Positions 53,020-63,087 of a stretch of 64,000 nucleotides of DNA are shown here, one piece after another. The notes under the pieces were generated by a model that was not told the origin of the DNA, did no database searches, and saw only the letters and a list, made by a program, of their open reading frames with translations. This DNA is from Halarcobacter sp. (GTDB lineage: Bacteria; Campylobacterota; Campylobacteria; Campylobacterales; Arcobacteraceae). Position 1 is the stretch's first letter, and the number at the start of each line of letters is the position of its first letter. Made by a program: the position numbers and the translations under genes. The DNA is taken from contig OY781089.1 in NCBI GenBank assembly GCA_963676565.1, positions 2,400,001 through 2,464,000 on the forward strand, read 5' to 3'.

Positions 53020-55185
53020 TTGAATAATTCAGTTAAAAATTTAGTAAAAATATTTTTATCTTTATTTATAATTTTTGTTTTTATTCAAATTGCAATATCT
53101 TATTTTTATTTCAACCAAAGTAAAAAAAATCTAATCAATAATTCATTGAAAAATGAACTGAAAATAAAAAGAAAAATCTTTAGTGAAAATTTTATTACAA
53201 ATAGTCGTCATTTTCTTCTAGCCATACAAGACAGTAAAGTTTTTCAAAATTTTTTAGAAGGAGATAATTCTTATTTAAAAGAGAATGAAAACATTTTTTT
53301 AAGCCTTGCAAAATCTCATAAATATATTGACCAAGTAAGATATATTGATGAAACAGGACATGAAATAATAAGAGTTGATCAAGATAGAAAAACAAACACA
53401 ACTACTGTAGCAAAACCAGAACAACTCCAAAACAAAGCAAATAGATACTATTTTGAGGAATCTATTTATAAACCTGTAAATAAGATTTGGTTTTCACAAC
53501 TTGACTTAAATATTGAAAATGGTGAAGTTGAACTCCCCTATATACCTACTATTAGAGCAATACTACCTTTAGAGAAAAAAGATGAGTTTAAAGGTATTTT
53601 AATCATAAATTTCAATATATTAAAATTGCTTGAGCAAATAACTTTATCTGAAAAATTCAACTATATCTTAACAAACAAGAAAAGTGAGATTTTAATCCAT
53701 TACAATGATGATTATAATTGGAGTGAATACAATGATAATGAAGTAAAATTAGACAAATTTATATCCACAGACAAAAATGAAATCATTACAAATTTTGAGT
53801 ATTCAAATTCAGATTTTGCATCAATTTATATTTGTAATCAAATTAAAGACTCTTTGATATTGGTTGGTTTTATAAAAGATGAATATCTTCAAGCTTTAAA
53901 AGAAGAGCATATTCAAAGGGGATTATTAATTATCATTGCCATACTTTTAATATTTTTAATTATCTTTACCTTTACAAAAGTTAGATTAACTGAGATATTA
54001 AATAAATTAAAAAAATCAGATCAAATAAATGAAGAGCTTTCAGAAACACTAGAGATTAGTGAAGAAAACTGGAGAAGTGCTATTGAAAACTCTGGTGATG
54101 GACATTGGGATTGGAATACTTCAACAAACGAAATACACTTTTCAAAAAACTGGAAAATTATGTTAGGTTATGAAGAAAATGAAATATCTAATAACTTTTT
54201 TGAGTGGGAAAAAAGAGTTCACAAAGATGATATTAAAAGAGTTTTAAAAGAAGTTGATAAATTTATAACACAAAAAGATTATAAATATAAAGTAAAGTTT
54301 AGATTGCAAACAAAAGATGGTAGCTATAAATGGATTTTTGCACAAGGTTATGTTCTTAGAAAAGACAAAGAAGGAAATCCACTAAGAATAATTGGTACGC
54401 ACAAAGATATTACCACTGATATTAAAAATGAACAATTTTTAATAGATGAAGTAAAAAGAAAAACAGATGAAAACTTTAAACAGTTTCAACTTATCCAACA
54501 ACAAAGTAAATTAGCAGCTATGGGTGAAATGATTGGGGCAATCGCTCACCAATGGAGACAACCTTTAAATGAAATTTCTATTAGAATTCAAAAGTTAAAA
54601 TATGCATACAAAAAAAATGAAATAGATGAAGAGTTTATACAAAGTTTCATAAATAAAAATAAAGAAACAATCAACTTTATGAGTACGACAATTGATGATT
54701 TTAGAAACTTTTTTACAATTGACAAAAGACCTATTAGGTTCTCAATCAATGATTCAATTAAAAATGTATTAAGCCTAACAGAGGCACAACTAAAAAAACA
54801 AAATATCAAAATAGATTTGAATGAAAATCAAAATTTTGAAATAGAAGGTTTTAAATCTGAATTTGAACATGTAATTATGAATCTTATTTCAAATTCAAAA
54901 TATGAGCTTGAGAAAAGGGAAATAAAAAATCCTGAAATTATAATAAATATCAACTATTACGAGATTGAGTTTGAAGATAATGCAGGTGGCATTCCAAAAG
55001 ATTTGATAAATAGAATTTTTGAACCATATTTTACAAGTAAAGACCAAGGTGAAGGTACAGGGATGGGGTTGTATATGTCAAAAATGATTATTGAAGACAA
55101 TATGAAAGGCTCGTTAGAGGTTATAAATACTCAAAAAGGGGCTAAGTTTATTATTAGATTTAACAAAGAGGATAAAAGATGTTAA
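53020..55185 (+). CDS. Membrane sensor histidine kinase (Cache-like periplasmic domain, PAS)
   Basis: TM-periplasmic(DQVRYIDETG.EIIRV, LQNKANRYYF)-TM; PAS with WDW; AHQWRQPL; DNAGGI; GTGMGL; TTG start after GAGGAG. Confidence 0.9.
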   Translation: MNNSVKNLVKIFLSLFIIFVFIQIAISYFYFNQSKKNLINNSLKNELKIKRKIFSENFITNSRHFLLAIQDSKVFQNFLEGDNSYLKENENIFLSLAKSHKYIDQVRYIDETGHEIIRVDQDRKTNTTTVAKPEQLQNKANRYYFEESIYKPVNKIWFSQLDLNIENGEVELPYIPTIRAILPLEKKDEFKGILIINFNILKLLEQITLSEKFNYILTNKKSEILIHYNDDYNWSEYNDNEVKLDKFISTDKNEIITNFEYSNSDFASIYICNQIKDSLILVGFIKDEYLQALKEEHIQRGLLIIIAILLIFLIIFTFTKVRLTEILNKLKKSDQINEELSETLEISEENWRSAIENSGDGHWDWNTSTNEIHFSKNWKIMLGYEENEISNNFFEWEKRVHKDDIKRVLKEVDKFITQKDYKYKVKFRLQTKDGSYKWIFAQGYVLRKDKEGNPLRIIGTHKDITTDIKNEQFLIDEVKRKTDENFKQFQLIQQQSKLAAMGEMIGAIAHQWRQPLNEISIRIQKLKYAYKKNEIDEEFIQSFINKNKETINFMSTTIDDFRNFFTIDKRPIRFSINDSIKNVLSLTEAQLKKQNIKIDLNENQNFEIEGFKSEFEHVIMNLISNSKYELEKREIKNPEIIININYYEIEFEDNAGGIPKDLINRIFEPYFTSKDQGEGTGMGLYMSKMIIEDNMKGSLEVINTQKGAKFIIRFNKEDKRC

Positions 55186-55928
55186 AAAAAATAGATACAA
55201 TACTATATGTTGAAGATGAACTAAATGTACAAAAAGAATGTGCAGAATTTCTAAATATGTTTTGTAGAACTTTAATCCTTGCAAAAGATGGTGAAGAGGG
55301 ATTAAAACTGTATAAAGAGATTAATCCTGACCTAATAATAAGTGATATAAAAATGCCAAATATGGATGGCATTGAAATGATAAAAGAGATAAAAGAGTTA
55401 AATTCAAAAGCTCCAGTAATCTTTACAACAGCATTTAATGATACAAACTATTTACATAATTCAATTAAACTACAAGTTGATGGTTATATTTTGAAACCAA
55501 TAGACCTAGAGCAGTTTGAAGAACTATTAATCAAAATAATTTATGTATTAAATTTGGAAAAAGAACAAGCTAAATTAAAAAACAAACTTGATAAAAATCA
55601 TGATAACCTACAAGCAATATTTGATTTTATTGATTATGGAAGGATGATAATAAACTATAGCTCAAAAATACTAAAAGTAAATGATTCTTTATGTGAAGTT
55701 TTAAATTTAAAAAAAGAGCAACTTATTGGTAAAAAGTGTTTTGAAATAGAAAGTTTAAAAGAGTTTCAAGGTGGTGAGGATATCTTTGATGAAATCATCG
55801 AAAAAAGAAAAATAAGAAAAAGAAAAATAACTCTATATAATTCAAAAAAACAAAGAAAAGATGCCTTAGTTGAAGGCTTTGTTCTGCCAAATACTGATGA
55901 GATTTTTTTATCTTTTGAATGGCTTTAG
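55179..55928 (+). CDS. Response regulator: receiver + PAS-like domain, no DNA-binding domain
   Basis: LYVEDE, SDIKMP.MDG, TTAF, ILKP; C-terminal VNDSLCEVL...EQLIGK. Confidence 0.88.
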   Translation: MLKKIDTILYVEDELNVQKECAEFLNMFCRTLILAKDGEEGLKLYKEINPDLIISDIKMPNMDGIEMIKEIKELNSKAPVIFTTAFNDTNYLHNSIKLQVDGYILKPIDLEQFEELLIKIIYVLNLEKEQAKLKNKLDKNHDNLQAIFDFIDYGRMIINYSSKILKVNDSLCEVLNLKKEQLIGKKCFEIESLKEFQGGEDIFDEIIEKRKIRKRKITLYNSKKQRKDALVEGFVLPNTDEIFLSFEWL

Positions 55929-57928
55929 TGGGTAATTGTTACTTCAAAACATGCTCCCACATACTCTTTATTATTGTATGTAAAGTTTTTATTGTATACA
56001 TCTAGTTTAAAGTTATATCTTTCCCTTAAAATTTTATCGACCATAACTAAACCAAGTCCAGTACCTTGAGATTTATATTTTGTTGTAAAATATGGTTCAA
56101 AAATTCTATCTTTAATGGAAGAGTCAATTCCCCCTGCACTATCATATATTCTTAAAACTAAACTATTTTCATCTAATTTTTTTACTTCAATAAAAATATA
56201 TCTATCATCTTCATTTTCCACAAATTCTTTTAAAGCATCTTTTGCATTGTTTAATATATTAATAAAAGCTTCTGATAATTCATTTTTAGCTGCAACAATA
56301 CTTATATCTTCATCTATCTTTGTTATTAGTTTAATATATGAACTATTTAATGAACTTTGAACTAAGGAGATAGAGTTTTCAATAATATTTTTAATACTAA
56401 CTAAAGAAGTGCCCTTTTCATCCTTGATAAAGTTTCTAAAATTATCTATGGTAGTTGATAGGTAATTAGCTTGTTTCATAACCTCTTCAGAACAATGTAA
56501 AATCTCTTCACTACTAACTGGTATCTCCATATCTACTTTTAAACTTAGTCCACTAACATTTGTAGTTATTGCACTTAAAGGTTGTCTCCATTGATGGGCA
56601 ATATTTCCAATCATTTCACCCATTGAAGCTAGTTTTGTTTGTTGTTCTGCTATTTTTAAACTTGTTGTATCCCTAATAAATATCAAAAATCTTTGTTTGT
56701 TTGGAAGTAAAGAGATTGAATAATTAATTGGAATAAGCTTTTTATTTAAAGAGATACAATTAGCTTCTTGGTTTTCAATAACGCCTTTTTCTAAAACTAT
56801 ATTCATAGCATTTAAAAGATTCTCTTTATAATTTTGTACAAGTAAATTTAAAAAATTCATTTCAAATAAACTTTTCTCCTCACAGTCAAAAATATTTAAA
56901 AACTCTTTATTAAAATTGAATATATCAAGATTTTTGTCAACAACTAAAATTGCATCCCTTGAGTAATTAAAAATTGTTTCAAACTCCTCTTTTTGTTGAA
57001 CTAATCTCTTTTCATACTCTTTTTGTATAGAAATATCCCTCATAGAACAATAAACTAACTCTTCATCAAAGATTTTAATTCGTACAATACTTACAAAAAC
57101 ATCAAAAAGTTTTCCATCTTTTCTTTTATATTTTGATTCAAAATTAACAGGTTCAAAACTTGTTTTATTTATATTTTCTAAAACTACCTCTTCTTTATGT
57201 ATAGCTTCAAAATCAGTAACTTTAAAATTTAATAATTCCTCATCCTCATACCCAAGTACTTTTTTAAATAATTTACTATATTCAACAAGATTTCCTTCTA
57301 AATCAACAATAAAAATTGCATCTGATGAATTTTCTAGCAAATATTTATATTTTTGTTTCTCAAAAATTATCTCTTCTTCCAATTTTTTTTCAGCAGTAAA
57401 ATCTCTTCCAATACCTAAAACTCCAATTATTTTGCTCTCATCATTTAAAATTTTTGTTTTTGTAGTTTTCAGATATTCTTCATGTCCATCACTTTTGAAA
57501 GTTACTTTTTCAAAATTAGATAATGGAGTATCTGATTCCATAGCATTTTTATCATGTTCAGTGAAAAATTTTGCTAAGTCTTCATCTACAAAGTCAAAAT
57601 CTGTTTTCCCTATAATCTCTTCTTTTTTTGCACCAAAAAACTGCTCAAACCTTTTATTACACTCTAGGTATTTACCATTTTTATTTTTTATCCATAATAA
57701 GTCTGGAATATCGTTTAATATAGCATCAAACTCATTTTTTCGAAGTTCCATTTTTTTCTCAAAGCCTTTTTTCAAAACAAAAACAACAATTGATAAAATA
57801 AGTAAATTCAAAAATAAAAAAAGAGATATAGATTGTGTAGATAAAGTAATATTGTACTGTTTTAAATCAGCTGAAAAAAGAAAAAATGAAAGGAATAGTA
57901 GACTTAGGATAATTTTTATTTTCATCAT
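55925..57928 (-). CDS. Multi-PAS sensor histidine kinase
   Basis: Two N-terminal hydrophobic segments, three PAS-like repeats, GEMIGNIAHQWRQPL, DSAGGI, GTGLGL. Confidence 0.9.
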   Translation of the reverse strand: MMKIKIILSLLFLSFFLFSADLKQYNITLSTQSISLFLFLNLLILSIVVFVLKKGFEKKMELRKNEFDAILNDIPDLLWIKNKNGKYLECNKRFEQFFGAKKEEIIGKTDFDFVDEDLAKFFTEHDKNAMESDTPLSNFEKVTFKSDGHEEYLKTTKTKILNDESKIIGVLGIGRDFTAEKKLEEEIIFEKQKYKYLLENSSDAIFIVDLEGNLVEYSKLFKKVLGYEDEELLNFKVTDFEAIHKEEVVLENINKTSFEPVNFESKYKRKDGKLFDVFVSIVRIKIFDEELVYCSMRDISIQKEYEKRLVQQKEEFETIFNYSRDAILVVDKNLDIFNFNKEFLNIFDCEEKSLFEMNFLNLLVQNYKENLLNAMNIVLEKGVIENQEANCISLNKKLIPINYSISLLPNKQRFLIFIRDTTSLKIAEQQTKLASMGEMIGNIAHQWRQPLSAITTNVSGLSLKVDMEIPVSSEEILHCSEEVMKQANYLSTTIDNFRNFIKDEKGTSLVSIKNIIENSISLVQSSLNSSYIKLITKIDEDISIVAAKNELSEAFINILNNAKDALKEFVENEDDRYIFIEVKKLDENSLVLRIYDSAGGIDSSIKDRIFEPYFTTKYKSQGTGLGLVMVDKILRERYNFKLDVYNKNFTYNNKEYVGACFEVTITH

Positions 57929-57996
57929 TAAACTTTTTTATATAATTATTATAATGCCTTAATAACTATAAATCCAAAATAAATTTTCCACTCAAA

Positions 57997-58039
57997 AGAC
58001 ATTAAAACTATACAAAAAAACATACTTATTCAATAAAAT
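57997..58039 (+). promoter_or_regulatory. Promoter motif copy 1 upstream of the SDR gene
   Basis: AGACA-N8-ATACAAAAAAAC-N11-ATAAAAT, same spacing as copy 2 at 60485. Confidence 0.55.
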
Positions 58040-58057
58040 AAATAAAAAAGGTTTATC

Positions 58058-58813
58058 ATGGAAGCTAATAATAGAATTTGGATAATTGGCGGAAGTAGTG
58101 GTATTGGATTAGAACTAGTGAAGATATTATTAAATGAAAATCACTATTTAATTGTAAGCTCTAGAAATGCAACCACTAATGAAGAGTTACAAAAACTGCA
58201 AGAAAAATTTCAAGATAACCTTTATTTATTAGATTTAGATGTAAGTAAAGACAACTTCAAAAATGAGGTACAAGAAGCCTGGGGAGTATATAGAGGTTTA
58301 GATATATGGTTTTATAATGCAGGAACTTATGAAGTTATGGATATAAACAATTGGAATAAAGAGCACTTTATTAAAATGAATGAAACAAATTACTTAGGCG
58401 TTGTAAAATTAATGTGTGAGATTATTCCATATTTTAAAAATCAAGGTTTTGGAAAATGGATATGGAATTTAAGTCTTTCTACATATTTTGGCTTACCTAA
58501 AGGTGGTGGTTACTCTGCACCTAAAACAGCCTTATTAAACTTAGCACAATCAATTCATCCTGAACTTGATTCCCTTGGAATTAAATTAAAAGTTATAAAC
58601 CATGGTTTTGTAAAAACTAGACTTACTTCAAAAAATGATTTTGAGATGCCCCAACTTATGAGTGCAGACTATACAGCAAAAAAAATTAGTGAAGAGATGT
58701 TTGAAGATAAAAAATTTGAAATTTCATTTCCCTTTAAATTAAAAATATTTTTAAAATTTCTATCTATACTTCCCTATAAAATATCTTTATCTATTACAAG
58801 AAAGATGATTTAA
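58058..58813 (+). CDS. Short-chain dehydrogenase/reductase
   Basis: WIIGGSSGIG, YNAG, YSAPK (YxxxK), GFVKTRLT.KNDFEMP. Confidence 0.92.
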   Translation: MEANNRIWIIGGSSGIGLELVKILLNENHYLIVSSRNATTNEELQKLQEKFQDNLYLLDLDVSKDNFKNEVQEAWGVYRGLDIWFYNAGTYEVMDINNWNKEHFIKMNETNYLGVVKLMCEIIPYFKNQGFGKWIWNLSLSTYFGLPKGGGYSAPKTALLNLAQSIHPELDSLGIKLKVINHGFVKTRLTSKNDFEMPQLMSADYTAKKISEEMFEDKKFEISFPFKLKIFLKFLSILPYKISLSITRKMI

Positions 58814-59232
58814 TGAGTATCGAAGAATATGCTTCTTTTTTTGAAAATATTCAAAAAGAGACAAAAAAACAAGAATATGAAAAGTTTTATAATGAAAAGG
58901 TAATATTTAAAGACCCTTTTCATGAATTAACAGGTACTGAAAATATATATATTGTTTTTCAAAATATGTTTCAAAACCTTGATAATACTAAGTTTGATGT
59001 AACAGAAATAGTTTCAAATAAAAAAATATCATATATAAAATGGAATTTTACCTTCTCATTTAAAAACAAAAAAGAGATAAACAAATTTACAGGAGTTAGT
59101 AGAATAGTCTTCGATGAAAATAACAAGGTTTTAATACACGAAGATTATTGGGATGCAGCACATAATATTTATGAAAAATTTCCAATATTATCAAGTTTGC
59201 TAAAATTTGCAAAATCGAAAATTCAGAATTAG
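58813..59232 (+). CDS. SnoaL/NTF2-like protein
   Basis: FKDPFH...G, GVS, HEDYWDAA, YE.FP. Confidence 0.85.
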   Translation: MSIEEYASFFENIQKETKKQEYEKFYNEKVIFKDPFHELTGTENIYIVFQNMFQNLDNTKFDVTEIVSNKKISYIKWNFTFSFKNKKEINKFTGVSRIVFDENNKVLIHEDYWDAAHNIYEKFPILSSLLKFAKSKIQN

Positions 59233-59238
59233 TATATT

Positions 59239-60474
59239 ATGAACTATTATTATCCACTAATTGCAATGCCCCTTGCTATATTAGGCTTACCACTATATAT
59301 CTATCTTCCAACATATTATGCAGTTGATTTAGACTTAAATATTACTCTTGTTGGTGTGGTTTTATTTTTAGCAAGATTAATTGATGTAATTAGTGACCCA
59401 CTAGTTGGTTTTTTAAGTGATAAATCCCAAAGAATTTTAAACAGTAAAAAACCAATTATGTTTTTAGGCTTTTTAATCGCTTCACTTTCATTTTATGCTT
59501 TAATAAACCCAATCAAAGAGTATGCTATATATTTTCTAATATTCTTTTCTATTTTAATCTATTTAGGGTTTAGTATGATTATGATTCCCTATTTAACGTG
59601 GGTTTCGGAAATAAGTGATGATTATAATGAGATTAGTACATTAAATAGTAATAGAGAGCTTTTTACAATAATTGGTTTAGTTTTAGCATTAATTGCCCCT
59701 TTTATAATTGATTCTCAGGAACTTTCCCAAAAACTGAATCTACTTTTTTTATTATTTATCTTTTTGTTTACTCCTTTATTTTTAATAACACTTTTTAAAA
59801 TGAAAACAAAATTTATAAATGATCAAACAGAGATAAAATTAAGTACATTAAAACTAATTTATAAAGAAAAAGAGGATTATAAATATTTACAAATTGGATA
59901 TTTCCTAAATTGTTTAGCAAATGCAATTCCAGCAACACTATTTCTTCTATTTATACAAGTGGTTATTCAAGATAAAAACTCAAATGAGTGGATTTTAATA
60001 GTATATTTTGTTGCAGGAATAATTGCCTTACCCTTTTGGAATAAACTATCAAAAAGTAAAGGCAAAAAGCAAGTATGGGTATTATCAATACTTCTGGCTT
60101 CTATTAGCTTTATCTTTGTGATTTTTCTAAAAGAAGGGGATATTTTATGGTTTACATTAATCTCTTTTATAACAGGACTTAGTCTTGGTGCTGACATCGC
60201 TTTTCCAACTGCAATTCAAAGTGATGTTATTCAAAACTCAAAATATAAACAATTATCCTCTACATCATTTGGTATTTGGACTATGTTAACTAAACTTGCA
60301 CTTGCTAGTTCAGTTATGATAACTTTTTCAATTTTAGGACTAATTGGTTTTGATGAAAATAATATAAATCAAAAGATGATTTTAACACTCTCTTTACTTT
60401 ATGCACTTTTACCAGTTATTTTAAAACTATTCTCTTTATATTTTATTTTCAAATTTAAAGAAATCAAAAAATAA
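59239..60474 (+). CDS. MFS transporter (GPH/MelB-like)
   Basis: LPLYIYLPTYY, ARLIDVISDPLVG.LSD, GAD...P.AIQ.D, FGIW...TKLALA. Confidence 0.88.
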   Translation: MNYYYPLIAMPLAILGLPLYIYLPTYYAVDLDLNITLVGVVLFLARLIDVISDPLVGFLSDKSQRILNSKKPIMFLGFLIASLSFYALINPIKEYAIYFLIFFSILIYLGFSMIMIPYLTWVSEISDDYNEISTLNSNRELFTIIGLVLALIAPFIIDSQELSQKLNLLFLLFIFLFTPLFLITLFKMKTKFINDQTEIKLSTLKLIYKEKEDYKYLQIGYFLNCLANAIPATLFLLFIQVVIQDKNSNEWILIVYFVAGIIALPFWNKLSKSKGKKQVWVLSILLASISFIFVIFLKEGDILWFTLISFITGLSLGADIAFPTAIQSDVIQNSKYKQLSSTSFGIWTMLTKLALASSVMITFSILGLIGFDENNINQKMILTLSLLYALLPVILKLFSLYFIFKFKEIKK

Positions 60475-60484
60475 CCTTATAAAT

Positions 60485-60527
60485 AGACAAATTATTCATA
60501 CAAAAAAACTTCATTTGATTATAAAAT
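60485..60527 (+). promoter_or_regulatory. Promoter motif copy 2 upstream of the lipocalin gene
   Basis: AGACA-N8-ATACAAAAAAAC-N11-ATAAAAT. Confidence 0.55.
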
Positions 60528-60547
60528 CACTTTCAAGAGGAGTTCAT

Positions 60548-61096
60548 ATGAAGAATTTAACATTCCTAGTAATATTTATGAGTATAGTTTCCTTAATAAT
60601 TTTGACTAAAACTCCCTCTTACGCCAAAGCCCCAGCCCCGGTAATTTATGTAAACCCCAATGAATTCAGTGGGCTTTGGTATGAAATTGCAAGAACTTAC
60701 AATAGTTTCGAAGAAGATTGTGTTGCACCAACAGTTGAATATAAAAAAATCACTGATACAAAACTTGAAGTATATAATAGATGTTTTAAAGAAAAGATTG
60801 GTGCAGATTTAAAAGAATATAAAGGAATTGTGGAACCTTTGGGTTCTAATGGAAATATGTCTTTAATGGAAAAAACATATTATTGGATTTTTTCTGAAGA
60901 GTATAGAATTATTTATTTAGATAATTATGAAACTGCAGTAGTAGTTGACAAAAATATGGAATATGTTTGGATAATGAATAGAAAACCAACTATAGAAAAT
61001 AAAAAATTAGGGAATATAATCTCAATATTAGATAACTACATTGATACTGATAAATTAATATTTCCTAAACAAGATAAAAATGGAAGATACAAATGA
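60548..61096 (+). CDS. Lipocalin (Blc-like)
   Basis: FSGLWYEIAR, Y.I..LD.Y, YVWIMNRKP; ATG at 60548 after GAGGAG. Confidence 0.88.
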   Translation: MKNLTFLVIFMSIVSLIILTKTPSYAKAPAPVIYVNPNEFSGLWYEIARTYNSFEEDCVAPTVEYKKITDTKLEVYNRCFKEKIGADLKEYKGIVEPLGSNGNMSLMEKTYYWIFSEEYRIIYLDNYETAVVVDKNMEYVWIMNRKPTIENKKLGNIISILDNYIDTDKLIFPKQDKNGRYK

Positions 61097-62343
61097 GTGA
61101 GAAAAAACTAAAAATTGCTGTAATTGGAGCTGGGATAAGTGGTCTTGGTTCAGCATACCTTTTGAGCAAAAAACATGATGTAGATATTTTTGAAAAAGAG
61201 AATAGGCTTGGAGGTCATGCAAGAACAACTCAAATTACAAATGATGGAAAACCATTTGGAGTTGACACAGGTTTTTTGGTTTTCAATCATCAAACCTACC
61301 CTCTTCTAACAAAACTATTTGAAGAATTAGATGTAAAAATAGAAAAGAGTGATATGAGTTTTGCCTTTTGGGATAAAACTTCAAATATTGCTTATAATGG
61401 TCAATCATTAAAAGGTATGTTTGTACAAAAGAAAAATCTATTTAATCTAAGCCACTATAAAATGATAAGTGATATTTTAGATTTTAATAAGAAAGCAAAT
61501 AGTGATTTAAAAACAAATTCAGCTGATTTGGATGTTAGTTTAGAAGAGTATTTAAAACCCTATTCAAAATATTTTAAAGATAGATATATTGTACCAATGG
61601 GAGCATCTATTTGGTCTACACCAACTCAAAAAATGAATGAATTTCCAGCTAGAACATTTTTAACTTTTTTCAAAAACCATGGCTTACTAGGTGTTGATAC
61701 ACATCACCAATGGTTAACCGTTAGCAATGGTTCTATAAATTATGTAAATAAAATCAAATCTAAAATCTCTGGAAAAATATTTCTTAATTCAAATATCATA
61801 TCAGTAAAAAGAGAAGATGGTAAGGTTTATATAACAACAAAAGAAGATGGTGAAAAAGAGTATGATAAAGTTGTTTTTGCCCTACATGCACCAGATGCAT
61901 TAGCTATTTTAGATGAACCATCAATTGAAGAATTAACTATTCTTTCATGTTTTAAATACAAAAAGAACAATGCGGTATTACACAATGATACTAAAGCTTT
62001 ATACCCTAATAAAAAATCATATGCAGCATGGAACTATAAAACAAATGGTGATGAAGAATCAGTTACCTTATCTTATTGGTTAAATCTACTTCAAAATCTA
62101 GATTCAAAAAAAGAATACTTTGTTTCTTTAAATGAAACAGATTCTTTAGATGAAGTGATTGAGAAAATCGAATACTCACATCCCCAATTTGACCAAAAAG
62201 CAATTGATGCACAAGAAAAAAGAGATCTAATTAATGGGAAAAACAATACTTACTACGCAGGAGCATATTGGAGATATGGTTTCCATGAAGATGGTTTATA
62301 TAGTGCAAATACAATAGCAAAAGAGTTTGGATGTGAGTTATGA
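61093..62343 (+). CDS. FAD-dependent oxidoreductase (amine oxidase family; UfaD-like desaturase candidate)
   Basis: IAVIGAGISGL, RLGGHA.T, VDTGFLVFN..TYP, SDMSF, FF.NHGLL, AAWNY, YSHP, GAYWRYGFHEDG. Confidence 0.88.
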   Translation: MSEKKLKIAVIGAGISGLGSAYLLSKKHDVDIFEKENRLGGHARTTQITNDGKPFGVDTGFLVFNHQTYPLLTKLFEELDVKIEKSDMSFAFWDKTSNIAYNGQSLKGMFVQKKNLFNLSHYKMISDILDFNKKANSDLKTNSADLDVSLEEYLKPYSKYFKDRYIVPMGASIWSTPTQKMNEFPARTFLTFFKNHGLLGVDTHHQWLTVSNGSINYVNKIKSKISGKIFLNSNIISVKREDGKVYITTKEDGEKEYDKVVFALHAPDALAILDEPSIEELTILSCFKYKKNNAVLHNDTKALYPNKKSYAAWNYKTNGDEESVTLSYWLNLLQNLDSKKEYFVSLNETDSLDEVIEKIEYSHPQFDQKAIDAQEKRDLINGKNNTYYAGAYWRYGFHEDGLYSANTIAKEFGCEL

Positions 62344-63086
62344 TACAGCATAATTACCTTGATGGCTCAATCTTTCATAAAAGATTTCATCCAAAAACCC
62401 ATGATTTTAAATACAAATTTTTTATGGTAGATATCGATTTAAACTCTTTCGAGGACTTAAATAAAAACAAATTATTTTCATACAATAGTTTTAATCTATT
62501 TTCATTTCTTACAAAAGATCATTTTGGTAAAAGTGATGATTTTTTAAAAAATGTTGATGAACTATTAAATAAATTCAAAATTAAAAAAACATTAAAAATG
62601 AGATTTATAACCCTTCCTAGAATCTTAGGTTTTGTCTTTAATCCAATTAGTGTACTAATTTTATTTGAGGAAAATAAACCCAAATTTATGTTTGCCGAAG
62701 TGCATAACTATAATGGAGGAAGAGTTGTTTACCCAGTTGAACTAAAAGAAAAGAATGAAAAAACCTTAACGGGTAAAACCAAAAAAGATATGTATGTTTC
62801 ACCTTTTTTTAAAAGGGATGGGGATTATAGTTTTGATTTAATATATGATGAAAATGATTTTCAACTTTCAATAAAACTATATGAAGATGGGAAAAAAGTT
62901 TTAGTTTCAAACCTTTTAACCAAAAAAATAGAGTTTAGTGATAAAAAAACATTAAAGATGTTTTTTAAACACACTTTATTAACTTTTTGGGTTGTTACAA
63001 GAACAATCTACCAAAGTATCAAATTAAGATTAAAAGGTCTTAAATGGACTCAACCAATTCCACAAGATCAAACAAGGAGAATATAA
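62340..63086 (+). CDS. DUF1365 family protein (UfaO-like candidate)
   Basis: H.RFHPK.H.F.Y, PR.LGFVFNPISV, AEVHN, K..YVSPF, IYQS.KL.LKG. Confidence 0.88.
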   Translation: MIQHNYLDGSIFHKRFHPKTHDFKYKFFMVDIDLNSFEDLNKNKLFSYNSFNLFSFLTKDHFGKSDDFLKNVDELLNKFKIKKTLKMRFITLPRILGFVFNPISVLILFEENKPKFMFAEVHNYNGGRVVYPVELKEKNEKTLTGKTKKDMYVSPFFKRDGDYSFDLIYDENDFQLSIKLYEDGKKVLVSNLLTKKIEFSDKKTLKMFFKHTLLTFWVVTRTIYQSIKLRLKGLKWTQPIPQDQTRRI

Positions 63087-63087
63087 A

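Noticed and set aside
57432..57962. 176-aa plus-strand ORF and the many other short opposite-strand ORFs in the track (e.g. 2127, 7146, 9722, 24905, 25934, 37828, 41080, 44766)
   Set aside because: Shadow frames antisense to well-supported genes, with S/F/L/I-rich composition and no recognisable motifs.
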